A DNA stretch of 44,270 nucleotides from a virus. The stretch lies in the IMG/VR virus record IMGVR_UViG_3300045988_131882, one strand, 5' to 3'. Below are positions 1-6,913 of this stretch, piece after piece; within the stretch, counting starts at the first letter, position 1, and every line of letters begins with the position of its first letter. A model generated the notes under the pieces. That model saw nothing but the letters and a program-made list of their open reading frames with translations. It made no database searches and was not told the origin of the DNA. A program made the translations under genes and the position numbers.

Positions 1-234
1 CCGGAGACCAGCGCGTCGCCGTAGACCTCCGCGCTGTCGGAGACCCGCGCGTTGCCGTAGACCTGCGCGTTGCCGGAGACCCACGCGTTGCCGGAGACCC
101 GCGCGTTGCCGGAGACCTCCGCGTTGCCGGAGACCTCCGCGTCGCCGGAGACCCGCGCGTCGCCGTAGACCTCCGCGCTGTCGGAGACCCGCGCGTCGCC
201 GTAGACCTGCGCGTCGCCGGAGACCCACGCGTTG
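1..234. repeat. Tandem 18-bp coding repeat, 13 units (hexapeptide repeat array)
   Basis: Units such as ccggagacccgcgcgttg and ccgtagacctccgcgctg repeat with an exact 18-nt period. Units at 19-90 and 163-234 differ at only 2 nt, giving a 144-bp higher-order repeat. Confidence 0.95.
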
Positions 235-383
235 CCGTCGTGGGAGAGGTTATCTTCCTTCTCAATAAATCCGCCGAGTTCTCCCTTCTCGACGTTGCCA
301 AAAGCGACGAGAGCCTTAACGCGGAACAGCTTCTTCCCGAAAACGTTCGTTACAAATTCGGCGGTCAGTTCAAATTTTTTCAT
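1..383 (-). CDS. Hexapeptide-repeat (beta-helix-like) early protein, N-terminal part; the gene wraps the window junction and continues at 43936..44270
   Basis: rc ATG at 381-383 with AAGGAGG 8 nt upstream. Translation: MKKFELTAEFVTNVFGKKLFRVKALVAFGNVEKGELGGFIEKEDNLSHDGNAWVSGDAQVYGDARVSDSAEVYGDARVSGDAEVSGNAEVSGNARVSGNAW... The ORF is edge-truncated, so it is absent from the supplied track. Confidence 0.8.
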   Translation of the reverse strand, partial: MKKFELTAEFVTNVFGKKLFRVKALVAFGNVEKGELGGFIEKEDNLSHDGNAWVSGDAQVYGDARVSDSAEVYGDARVSGDAEVSGNAEVSGNARVSGNAWVSGNAQVYGNARVSDSAEVYGDALVS

Positions 384-546
384 GGCTGGATGCCTCCTTG
401 AAATACAGCCCGCACAGCAGATTCAGCGCCAGCATGGCGGCGATGGTGGTGGGGATGTTGAGAGAACCGAGCGCAGCAAGCAGCAGCACCAAATCTGCGG
501 TGATTGCCAGCTTGACGGCGGCGCGTTTCAGTGATACAATGTTCAT
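370..546 (-). CDS. Small hydrophobic membrane protein (58 aa)
   Basis: Hand translation: MNIVSLKRAAVKLAITADLVLLLAALGSLNIPTTIAAMLALNLLCGLYFKEASSHEKI. GGAAAG lies upstream of the ATG (544-546 rc). The 3' end overlaps the next gene start. At under 60 aa it is not in the track. Confidence 0.55.
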   Translation of the reverse strand: MNIVSLKRAAVKLAITADLVLLLAALGSLNIPTTIAAMLALNLLCGLYFKEASSHEKI

Positions 547-609
547 GTAATACTTTCCTTTCTGTTCTCGCCGCGTCGGTGCGCCAACACCGATGCGGCG
601 CTTTTTGTT

Positions 610-807
610 TCAGCATAAAAGGCTTGCGATTTGTTCGCAGGTCATGTTGCGGATGCTGCCATAGTGCATCCAGACCCAGCCGCGGGAGCGACCAAGAATC
701 TTTGCGACCTTTCCAGGGCCGAAAAGAATCTCACCGGGGTAAAGCTCGGCAGCGCGGGCACGGACGGTGACAAGGGTGTCACGGTAGAGAGGCTTTTCAC
801 GGGGCAT
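610..807 (-). CDS. Small early protein, possible HTH DNA-binding protein (excisionase or antirepressor type is a guess)
   Basis: 65-aa ORF with AAGGAG 9 nt upstream of the ATG. The segment KVAKILGRSRGWVWMHYG looks like a recognition helix. It is the second gene of the early operon. Confidence 0.6.
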   Translation of the reverse strand: MPREKPLYRDTLVTVRARAAELYPGEILFGPGKVAKILGRSRGWVWMHYGSIRNMTCEQIASLLC

Positions 808-813
808 GGCGGG

Positions 814-999
814 TTACTCCTTTCTTAAAAGTTCGTCTACGGTGCAGCCGTAGAGCTTAGCCATAAGGACGAGCGATGCGGCACGGGGCATGTTCTCGCC
901 GGTTTCCCAGCGGCATACAGCCGACTGGTCAACACCGAGTTCCTTTGCTACCTGTGCTTGGGAAAGACCTGCTTTCTGGCGGGCCTGTGCAAATGCCAT
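814..999 (-). CDS. XRE-family HTH regulator, Cro-like (first gene of the lytic operon)
   Basis: MAFAQARQKAGLSQAQVAKELGVDQSAVCRWETGENMPRAASLVLMAKLYGCTVDELL is a canonical XRE HTH. The ATG at 997-999 rc has GGAGGTG 6 nt upstream (the track starts at an upstream GTG, 1008). It is divergent from the cI-like gene. Confidence 0.85.
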   Translation of the reverse strand: MAFAQARQKAGLSQAQVAKELGVDQSAVCRWETGENMPRAASLVLMAKLYGCTVDELLRKE

Positions 1000-1024
1000 A
1001 AATCTCACCTCCCGAAATGAAATA

Positions 1025-1067
1025 ATGAGATAATCTCATTGACAAACAAGAGAGCCAAAGTTATAAT
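1025..1067 (+). promoter_or_regulatory. Operator palindrome overlapping a consensus sigma-70-type promoter
   Basis: ATGAGAT-a-ATCTCAT is a perfect palindrome at 1025-1039. TTGACA (1039-1044), a 17-nt spacer and TATAAT (1062-1067) follow. A partial copy, ATATCTCAT, lies at 1145-1153. Confidence 0.7.
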
Positions 1068-1231
1068 GAAGTTGTCAGAAATCATTGGTAAGCCGCTGAA
1101 ACATGGGGCTTGGCTTTTGCTTTGCTTGTTTGTATACTATGATTATATCTCATTCTTCTCAAACTTGCAATAGGAAAATCTCAATCTTCTTGATGTTGTA
1201 GGCTTGCACAAAATGAGGTGCAGTAATTTGT

Positions 1232-1558
1232 ATGTTTTGGGATAATTTTGTACTGCTGTGTGACCGCGCCGGAAAATCACCGAACGCAGTTGCGGCAGAA
1301 ATCGGATTCAAGTCAACTGGTACGGTAACAGGATGGAAAGATGGGAAAATACCCTACGAAAGAAACCTTAAGAAAATAGCCGAATACTTTGGTGTAACAG
1401 TTGACTACCTTTTAAACGCAGAAAAAGAAAACCCCACCAGCGTTACCGCTGATGGGGTGGACGAACTAGATAAAGAGGCGCTGGACATCATGCACCAGCT
1501 TCCGCCGGAGAAACGGGCGGCGGGTCTGGCGATGCTGCGAGGGCTTTTAAATAATTAA
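1232..1558 (+). CDS. XRE-family HTH repressor (cI-like) with a short C-terminal tail
   Basis: MFWDNFVLLCDRAGKSPNAVAAEIGFKSTGTVTGWKDGKIPYERNLKKIAEYFGVTVDYLL is an XRE HTH. It is divergent from the Cro-like gene and on the same strand as the integrase. Confidence 0.8.
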   Translation: MFWDNFVLLCDRAGKSPNAVAAEIGFKSTGTVTGWKDGKIPYERNLKKIAEYFGVTVDYLLNAEKENPTSVTADGVDELDKEALDIMHQLPPEKRAAGLAMLRGLLNN

Positions 1559-1625
1559 CATAGGCTGCCTTATCTGGCAGTTGGTGAAGCATGGCAACAA
1601 ATTCCTGATCGCTGATTTCCTGCAT
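1488..1625 (-). CDS. Hypothetical 45-aa ORF, convergent with and partly antisense to the repressor 3' end
   Basis: ATG at 1623-1625 rc with AAGGAGAA upstream. MQEISDQEFVAMLHQLPDKAAYVNYLKALAAS... shares an MxHQLPxxKxAA motif with the repressor tail (DIMHQLPPEKRAAGLAMLRGLL). Confidence 0.3.
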   Translation of the reverse strand: MQEISDQEFVAMLHQLPDKAAYVNYLKALAASPDPPPVSPAEAGA

Positions 1626-1922
1626 GGTCGTTCTCCTTTTTATGTAGCTGCTGTTTTCGATACAACTATAACACAACTTACGGTTGTATTCCATTGACAT
1701 ATTAAACAAATCGGTTGTCAATATTTTGTGGTACGAATTATCGGACGCTTTCTCTTTCTGGTTCTGCCGTGATGGCTGGGCGGCGGCTCTGGCACTTTGC
1801 ACATATCGTAGCTCCTTTTGTTAAAAGTGTACTACGCTCACAATAGGCTTTTTGTCAAAACGTGTAAACGACCAGAAAAGAAAATGCGATACATGACGGA
1901 ATATATCAGCTTACGGGGGTGA

Positions 1923-2345
1923 ATGGGCTTGGATGCGTCGTACATAAAAACGCTGATGGAGCGAGAAAATATCACGCAAGCAGAACTTGCGAGATTGACT
2001 GACATACCGCAAGGGACATTATCGCGAATTTTAAACGGCACAACAGACTGCCCGACATTTGCCAATGTTACGGCCATTGTAAAAGCGCTGCATGGGAGCC
2101 TTGATGTGATGGCCGGAATCGTAGACGAGCCGAACGACAAGCCGATGACGATGACCGAACGGGAGCTATACGAGAAACTGATCGCAGACAAGGAACGGCA
2201 GCTGCGCAGTATAAACGGCATATTGGAACAGAAGCAACAATGGATGCGGATGCTGTGGCGACTGCTGATCGTGATGATAGCAGTTGTCGGCGTGATGCTG
2301 GTGCTTGATGTGTCGATTGGGTCGGTTGGGTTTGTGAGGTACTAA
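1923..2345 (+). CDS. Membrane-anchored XRE-type HTH protein (N-terminal HTH, coiled-coil linker, C-terminal TM helix)
   Basis: ENITQAELARLTDIPQGTLSRILNG is the HTH. The C-terminal WRLLIVMIAVVGVMLVLDVSIG is a TM helix. GGGGGTG lies just upstream of the ATG. Confidence 0.75.
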   Translation: MGLDASYIKTLMERENITQAELARLTDIPQGTLSRILNGTTDCPTFANVTAIVKALHGSLDVMAGIVDEPNDKPMTMTERELYEKLIADKERQLRSINGILEQKQQWMRMLWRLLIVMIAVVGVMLVLDVSIGSVGFVRY

Positions 2346-2346
2346 A

Positions 2347-3072
2347 ATGGGAAACCATATTGTGTACTGGGATAGCGGAACAAATGACGGAGTTATACAC
2401 GAAAGCCCGAACTGCCAAGAACTGCGGCATGTGATAAGCATACACAGAGGCACGCAGGAAGAGGCAAGGCAGACGGGGCGCGTAAAGCAATGCCCCTATT
2501 GCAGCAGCAAGACCGAAGTCCGGGAAAGTGCGGAGCCGCCGACGATGCGGCGGAGCTACAGCATCATGTTGGCGCTGCTGGCGGCCTGCTGTGTGTGGGT
2601 TGGCTGCGCAATTTACTACGATGGCATGGCGGATACGGCCTACAGCAGCGGCTATGCGGCGGCGCAGGCTGATGCGGAGACAACGGCAAGCGAGCGATAC
2701 CGGGCCGGGTATGACACAGGGAAGGAAATTGGGTACAAATCCGGCAAGCGGGAAGGCTATAACAGCGGATACACAGAAGGATACTTCAAGGGAAAAGACG
2801 CAGCGGACACGAACACCGCTTATAATAATGGCTATAATGATGGCTATGCCACAGGGTACGATGACGGAATAGCAAACTCATACGCAAACAGTACACCGGC
2901 ATACAGCGACAGCGAATCTTCTTATAGCAATAATTATACCGTGTATATTACTGCAACGGGAAACAAGTACCACTCTTGGGGTTGCCAGTATTTGAGAAAT
3001 AGTTGTTATAGCATTACTTTGAGTGATGCTATTGCACAAGGATATACAGCTTGTAGCAGGTGTAAGCCATGA
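2347..3072 (+). CDS. Single-pass membrane protein with a GY-repeat tract and a duplicated His/Cys motif at both termini
   Basis: TM helix: YSIMLALLAACCVWVGCAIYY. Repeats: GYDTGKEIGYKSGKREGYNSGYTEGY...NNGYNDGYATGYDDG. N-terminal VIHESPNCQELR...QCPYC resembles C-terminal KYHSWGCQYLR...ACSRC. The start lies 1 nt after the upstream stop. Confidence 0.75.
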   Translation: MGNHIVYWDSGTNDGVIHESPNCQELRHVISIHRGTQEEARQTGRVKQCPYCSSKTEVRESAEPPTMRRSYSIMLALLAACCVWVGCAIYYDGMADTAYSSGYAAAQADAETTASERYRAGYDTGKEIGYKSGKREGYNSGYTEGYFKGKDAADTNTAYNNGYNDGYATGYDDGIANSYANSTPAYSDSESSYSNNYTVYITATGNKYHSWGCQYLRNSCYSITLSDAIAQGYTACSRCKP

Positions 3073-3398
3073 AGGAAGATAGAGTTATAACCAAAAATGA
3101 GTTGCATTCAGCTTTGCTGTCTGTTTGCATTATGGCCGTGTTCGCGATTGCGGCTTTTTACTCTATAGGAAGAGATGAGGGCTATGACAAAGGGTATGAT
3201 GAAGGCTACGATGAAGGTTACAGTGCAGGGTGCGATGAGATAGAAGACAGATATGAAGGGCATCATTACGAAAACGGGTACGAGGATGGATATGAAGACG
3301 GGATGAATGATGGGACTTATGGCATTGATGAGCTAATGGAAGGCTACTACGAAGACGGGTATAACGATGGGTATGCGGACGCATTAGCCGGAGAATAA
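3069..3398 (+). CDS. Single-pass membrane protein with an acidic (D/E)GY repeat tract
   Basis: ATGA overlap with the upstream gene. TM helix: LLSVCIMAVFAIAAFYSI. Repeats: EGYDKGYDEGYDEGYSAG...NGYEDGYEDG...DGYNDGY. Confidence 0.75.
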   Translation: MKEDRVITKNELHSALLSVCIMAVFAIAAFYSIGRDEGYDKGYDEGYDEGYSAGCDEIEDRYEGHHYENGYEDGYEDGMNDGTYGIDELMEGYYEDGYNDGYADALAGE

Positions 3399-3496
3399 AA
3401 AAGCCCCTGCCGGTGAGTCGAGCACCAACAAGGGCAAAGGGTGTCAGCTTTTAGCTGGCATCTTTTAGTATATAGCGATTTTGGGAGGGTGTCAAC

Positions 3497-4612
3497 ATGG
3501 CAAGAGCAAAAGCGCGGGCCGATGGGCTGATTGAACGAACAAGAACCTATGACGGCAAGCGAGTACACTTTTACGGCAAGACCGCGAAAGAGGTCTCCGC
3601 GAAAATTGACGAGTACGAACGCCAGCGGGAAGCGGTAAAAGAGAATGGCCCGCTGTTTGAGGATGTGGCCGGTGAATGGTGGGAGAACCATTCAAAAAAT
3701 ATCAAGACCGGCGCGGAAAGAGCCTACAATGGCAGCTACAAGGCCGCGCTGGAAGAGTTCAGCGGGTATCGCATGAAAGAGATAACGCCCGCGCTGGTGT
3801 CGCTGTGGGGAGAAAAATTCAAGGCCGCAGGGTATGCAGGGAAAACGGCAAGCAACGCCCGGAGCGTGTTGTCTTGTGTGTTCAAGTTTTGGTGCGTCCG
3901 GGATGGCGAAACATACAACCCGGTGACAATTACGGATTTGCCGCGAGGAATGAAAAAGGAGCGCCGGGAGCCGCCGACTGTGGAACAGCTGGAAACGGTC
4001 AAGGCACACCCGGAGGGGTTCGGGCTGTGTGCCTGGCTGTTCATGTATACGGGCTGTCGTTTGGGTGAGGTGCTGGCGCTGCAATGGCAGGATGTGGATT
4101 TTGAGAAAAACAGAATTAGCATAAGTAAAGAAGTGGCATGGGTGCATAATAAGCCGATTGTACAGATGCCCAAGACAGCAAGCGGCGTGCGTGCCGTGCC
4201 GCTGCTGTCGCCGCTGCGGGGCGTGTTGGAACCGCTGCGCGGGGCAGATAATGAGTATATACTTGGAGGGGAAAGGCCGCTGACAGGCACAGCATATCAG
4301 CGCAGATGGGCTTATTATTGCAAGGATGTGGGCATGGCACATTATACCGTACAGGTCCGGAAAAACAAGCACCGGGGCAAGGTGTACGAAACCGCGGTGA
4401 AGGTATGGAAGGCAGATGTCACGGCGCACCAGTTCCGGCACGAATACGCCAGCATGTTATATGCGGCGGGAATTGGAGAGCTGGAAGCGCAACGCCTTAT
4501 GGGGCATGCCGACATTACGACAACACGGCGAGTATATACACATATACGGGAACGCCAACTAGATACAGCAGGAGAGGCACTAGAAAAATTTATAAGCGAT
4601 AAAACGATATAA
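3497..4612 (+). CDS. int: Tyrosine recombinase (phage integrase)
   Basis: 371 aa. Catalytic signature: TGCRLGEVLAL (Arg), HQFRHEYAS (His-x-x-Arg), GHADITTTRRVYTHI (His, Tyr). It lies next to attP-like repeats. Confidence 0.92.
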   Translation: MARAKARADGLIERTRTYDGKRVHFYGKTAKEVSAKIDEYERQREAVKENGPLFEDVAGEWWENHSKNIKTGAERAYNGSYKAALEEFSGYRMKEITPALVSLWGEKFKAAGYAGKTASNARSVLSCVFKFWCVRDGETYNPVTITDLPRGMKKERREPPTVEQLETVKAHPEGFGLCAWLFMYTGCRLGEVLALQWQDVDFEKNRISISKEVAWVHNKPIVQMPKTASGVRAVPLLSPLRGVLEPLRGADNEYILGGERPLTGTAYQRRWAYYCKDVGMAHYTVQVRKNKHRGKVYETAVKVWKADVTAHQFRHEYASMLYAAGIGELEAQRLMGHADITTTRRVYTHIRERQLDTAGEALEKFISDKTI

Positions 4613-4616
4613 TTGA

Positions 4617-4650
4617 AGCCCGGTTGCATGGTGCAATCGGGCTGTTTTTT
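4617..4650 (+). terminator. Rho-independent terminator after int
   Basis: AGCCCG(4617-4622)...CGGGCT(4638-4643), with inner TTGCA/TGCAA pairing, followed by a T run (4645-4650). Confidence 0.8.
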
Positions 4651-4754
4651 TACGACACTTTTACGACATCTTGAAAAAATAAAAGCGTTTACGACGGTTT
4701 TACGACGCGAAAAATAACATACTTGAACATATGGAGACATTGCAAGACGTAGAA

Positions 4755-4796
4755 AAAGAGCGCATCTACGTTAATGATTCGTAGATACGCTCTTTT
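4755..4796. terminator. Imperfect inverted repeat with A/T runs on both sides (bidirectional terminator-like hairpin)
   Basis: aaaaAGAGCGcATCTACg-ttaatgattc-GTAGATaCGCTCTtttt. Confidence 0.55.
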
Positions 4797-4801
4797 TGAA
4801 A

Positions 4802-4829
4802 TGGTGCGGCTAACAGGACTTGAACCTGT
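4802..4829 (-). other. Fragment identical in form to the 3' end of a tRNA gene (T arm, 3' acceptor strand, discriminator A, CCA): putative attP core
   Basis: The rc reads ACAGG-TTCAAGT-CCTGT-TAGCCGC-A-CCA. No matching 5' acceptor strand (GCGGCTA), D arm or anticodon arm lies upstream, so this is not a complete tRNA. Confidence 0.7.
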
Positions 4830-4919
4830 TTATATGTTCGATGTATCGTTGATAATGCGGTTTTATACGACACAAATACGACGTTTCAAACGAATAAATC
4901 AACGATGGCTTGCAGCTAT

Positions 4920-5102
4920 TCAATCGTAAATTTCATTAAACCAGAGCGGGCCGAAGCGGTAGGAGATCACGTAAGACGGATGAAGGCGGGCGCTGTCGGA
5001 GGCGGAGACTAGGCGAGCGCTCAACATGGTGGCACGGCATCCGGCAGCGAAGGATGCCGCCAGCGCGGCGGCGATGATGGCGGATAGAATAAATTTCTTC
5101 AT
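4920..5102 (-). CDS. Small lipoprotein (moron next to attP)
   Basis: MKKFILSAIIAAALAASFAAGC is a signal peptide with a lipobox Cys. AAGGAG lies upstream of the ATG. Confidence 0.7.
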   Translation of the reverse strand: MKKFILSAIIAAALAASFAAGCRATMLSARLVSASDSARLHPSYVISYRFGPLWFNEIYD

Positions 5103-5181
5103 GGTGGTTACTCCTTATTTGCCCGGCCGATGATCTCGGCCAGAATCTTGTGACGGTTGGCAGGCGTGGCAAGGGCCATCG

Positions 5182-6828
5182 TCAGGCGGGGTTGTGGGAG
5201 GCAAGCTGCATAAGCGTTGCGGTGGTGGGGACCAGATGCCGCGCCATCGTGTCGTTGTAGCCGGTCTCGCCTTCGAAGCTGTCCACGACGGCGCGATCTG
5301 CCGTGCTCATGTCGTGATAGGTCTTTTTGCCGTAGGACGGAGGCAGCCAGCCTTTTTTCTGGGATGCGAAGATGTTGAAGGATTTCAGCACATCGGCGTT
5401 GGTGAACTCGATGTGACAGGTGCCTTTTTTGTAGAACGTGGCGGTGAAGTAGTGCAGCTTGATCTTGGTGGTCTGGCCGCTGGCCTCGGCAGCTTTGAGG
5501 GTGGCGCGGAGGTCATCGCCGTTGTAGGCGGTGCCGTTGGTGTCGAGGAAGTGAAGCGTTTTCTCGATGTTGGCGATCTCCTCCGCGATGTTGGTCGGGT
5601 AAAAATCGTCGGAGTAGACGCTGTAGGCATTGCAGCGGAAGATCATGTGCTTATCGACCTTGTAGGCGGAATTTGTGCACCAGCCGTTGTAATAGTGGAC
5701 ATTTTTGCTGTACTCGCTGTTGTAGTGAAGGTTGGTCCAATCATCAAAAAGGCGGATGATCTCGGATTCGATGTTGGAGACGATGTTGCGGGAGATTTCC
5801 TCGCGGATCGTGAGGATGTTGTAGGGGCTAAAATCGTAGTGGCAAAGGTCGTTGAGGCGCTTGTGGTAGTCGTTCTGCATCGTCTGCGTCATGGCGTCGC
5901 GGATTTGCGGAAGGTCGAAAAGCTGCTCCCAATAGATGGCGCGGAGATCGCACAGCGCGTCGTTGTAGCCCTTGTCGAGGGAGACACAGGGCGCGGGGGC
6001 GCTGCTGTCGCCCTGCTTTTTGGGTAGGGTGAAAAGCGAGGAAATACCGTCGTATTCTTCATACAGGCGGGCGAGACAGTCCGCGGCGGCGTTGTAGCGC
6101 TCGACTGCTGCCGTGAGGGGGTCATTGCTGACGAGGGCTACCAGGTCGGGCGCGGCCTGGTAGCGATGTGTCGTCTCGGCGTTGAGCTCTAAGCGGATGC
6201 GGGAGACAGGCGGCGCGGGCGGGATCGTGACGAAAACGAGCGCAACCTCCACCGCGGTTTTGCGGGTGGCGTGGGTGAAAGCGTCCTGCTTGTAGGTGAT
6301 CCGGGCGTTGTACTTGGCAAGCAGGGCGGCAAGCTCCTTGCGCTCGTTGGTGCAGGGGTTGCGGATCGTCTCGGCGTTGAGGATGCAGCGGACTTCCCCG
6401 CCCCGCTCCATGATGTGCAGGGCGTGCAGCAGGTGGCGCGCACCCTCGGAAAACGGCGGGTTCATGATGATCGCCTTGTAGTGGGCGCGGGGCGTGAAGG
6501 TGAGGAAATCGTCGTGGATGACGCGGAAGCCGTTTTCTTTGAGGGTGGCCCGGAGGGCGGCGGACTGCTCGATGCAGTCGAGCTGCAGGGCCTCCAAGCG
6601 GTACTTGTTCTTGGTTCTGTAGTAGTCGTCGCGGGTGCCGTCGCTGTTGTAGTGGATGTCGGCGGCCTTCTCGATGGCGCGGGCGAGGTCGCCGGAACCG
6701 GCGGACGGCTCCAGGATGGGGCCGCCTGCGTACTCGATGCTGTGGCCGTCGATCTTGAGACCGGCGAGCAGCTCCGCGGCGAGGGCCGGGGGCGTTGGGT
6801 AGTAGTCTTTGCTGTCGTTCGGAATCAT
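5182..6828 (-). CDS. SAM-dependent N6-adenine DNA methyltransferase (orphan, no cognate nuclease seen) with a large C-terminal extension
   Basis: Motif I is ILEPSAGSGDLA and motif IV is IIMNPPFSEG (NPPF). 548 aa. GGAGG lies upstream of the start. Confidence 0.85.
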   Translation of the reverse strand: MIPNDSKDYYPTPPALAAELLAGLKIDGHSIEYAGGPILEPSAGSGDLARAIEKAADIHYNSDGTRDDYYRTKNKYRLEALQLDCIEQSAALRATLKENGFRVIHDDFLTFTPRAHYKAIIMNPPFSEGARHLLHALHIMERGGEVRCILNAETIRNPCTNERKELAALLAKYNARITYKQDAFTHATRKTAVEVALVFVTIPPAPPVSRIRLELNAETTHRYQAAPDLVALVSNDPLTAAVERYNAAADCLARLYEEYDGISSLFTLPKKQGDSSAPAPCVSLDKGYNDALCDLRAIYWEQLFDLPQIRDAMTQTMQNDYHKRLNDLCHYDFSPYNILTIREEISRNIVSNIESEIIRLFDDWTNLHYNSEYSKNVHYYNGWCTNSAYKVDKHMIFRCNAYSVYSDDFYPTNIAEEIANIEKTLHFLDTNGTAYNGDDLRATLKAAEASGQTTKIKLHYFTATFYKKGTCHIEFTNADVLKSFNIFASQKKGWLPPSYGKKTYHDMSTADRAVVDSFEGETGYNDTMARHLVPTTATLMQLASHNPA

Positions 6829-6913
6829 GGGGTTGCCTCCTGTGTTGTGGTTGTTATTCGGTTATGGGGTAGGGTCGCTTTACTGTGCGGCCCTGCAAGG
6901 TATCAGGCGGGGA

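Larger units (their letters stand above)
4651..4883. promoter_or_regulatory. attP region: six direct TACGAC arm-type repeats flanking a tRNA-derived core
   Basis: TACGAC occurs at 4651, 4662, 4690, 4701, 4866 and 4878, mostly as TTTTACGAC, paired at 11-12 nt spacing and all in the same orientation. The core is at 4802-4829. Confidence 0.7.

Noticed and set aside
1-234. Regular 18-bp repeats at both window ends could be a CRISPR array, transposon terminal repeats or a satellite.
   Set aside because: There are no spacers (the units are contiguous), the period is a multiple of 3, and the array lies inside one continuous minus-strand ORF encoding a (S/Y)G(D/N)AxV hexapeptide repeat. The end-to-end identity is a direct overlap from circular assembly, not an inverted repeat.
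4802-4829. Possible tRNA gene on the minus strand.
   Set aside because: Only the T arm, the 3' acceptor strand and CCA are present. No complementary 5' acceptor strand, D arm or anticodon arm lies within the next 70 nt. I interpret it as the attP core instead.
5194-6027. 277-aa plus-strand ORF, and 6271-6924, inside the methyltransferase gene.
   Set aside because: Both are antisense to a gene with clear methyltransferase motifs. Their Gly/Val/Ala/Asp-rich low-complexity translation is typical of the reverse frame of GC-rich genes.
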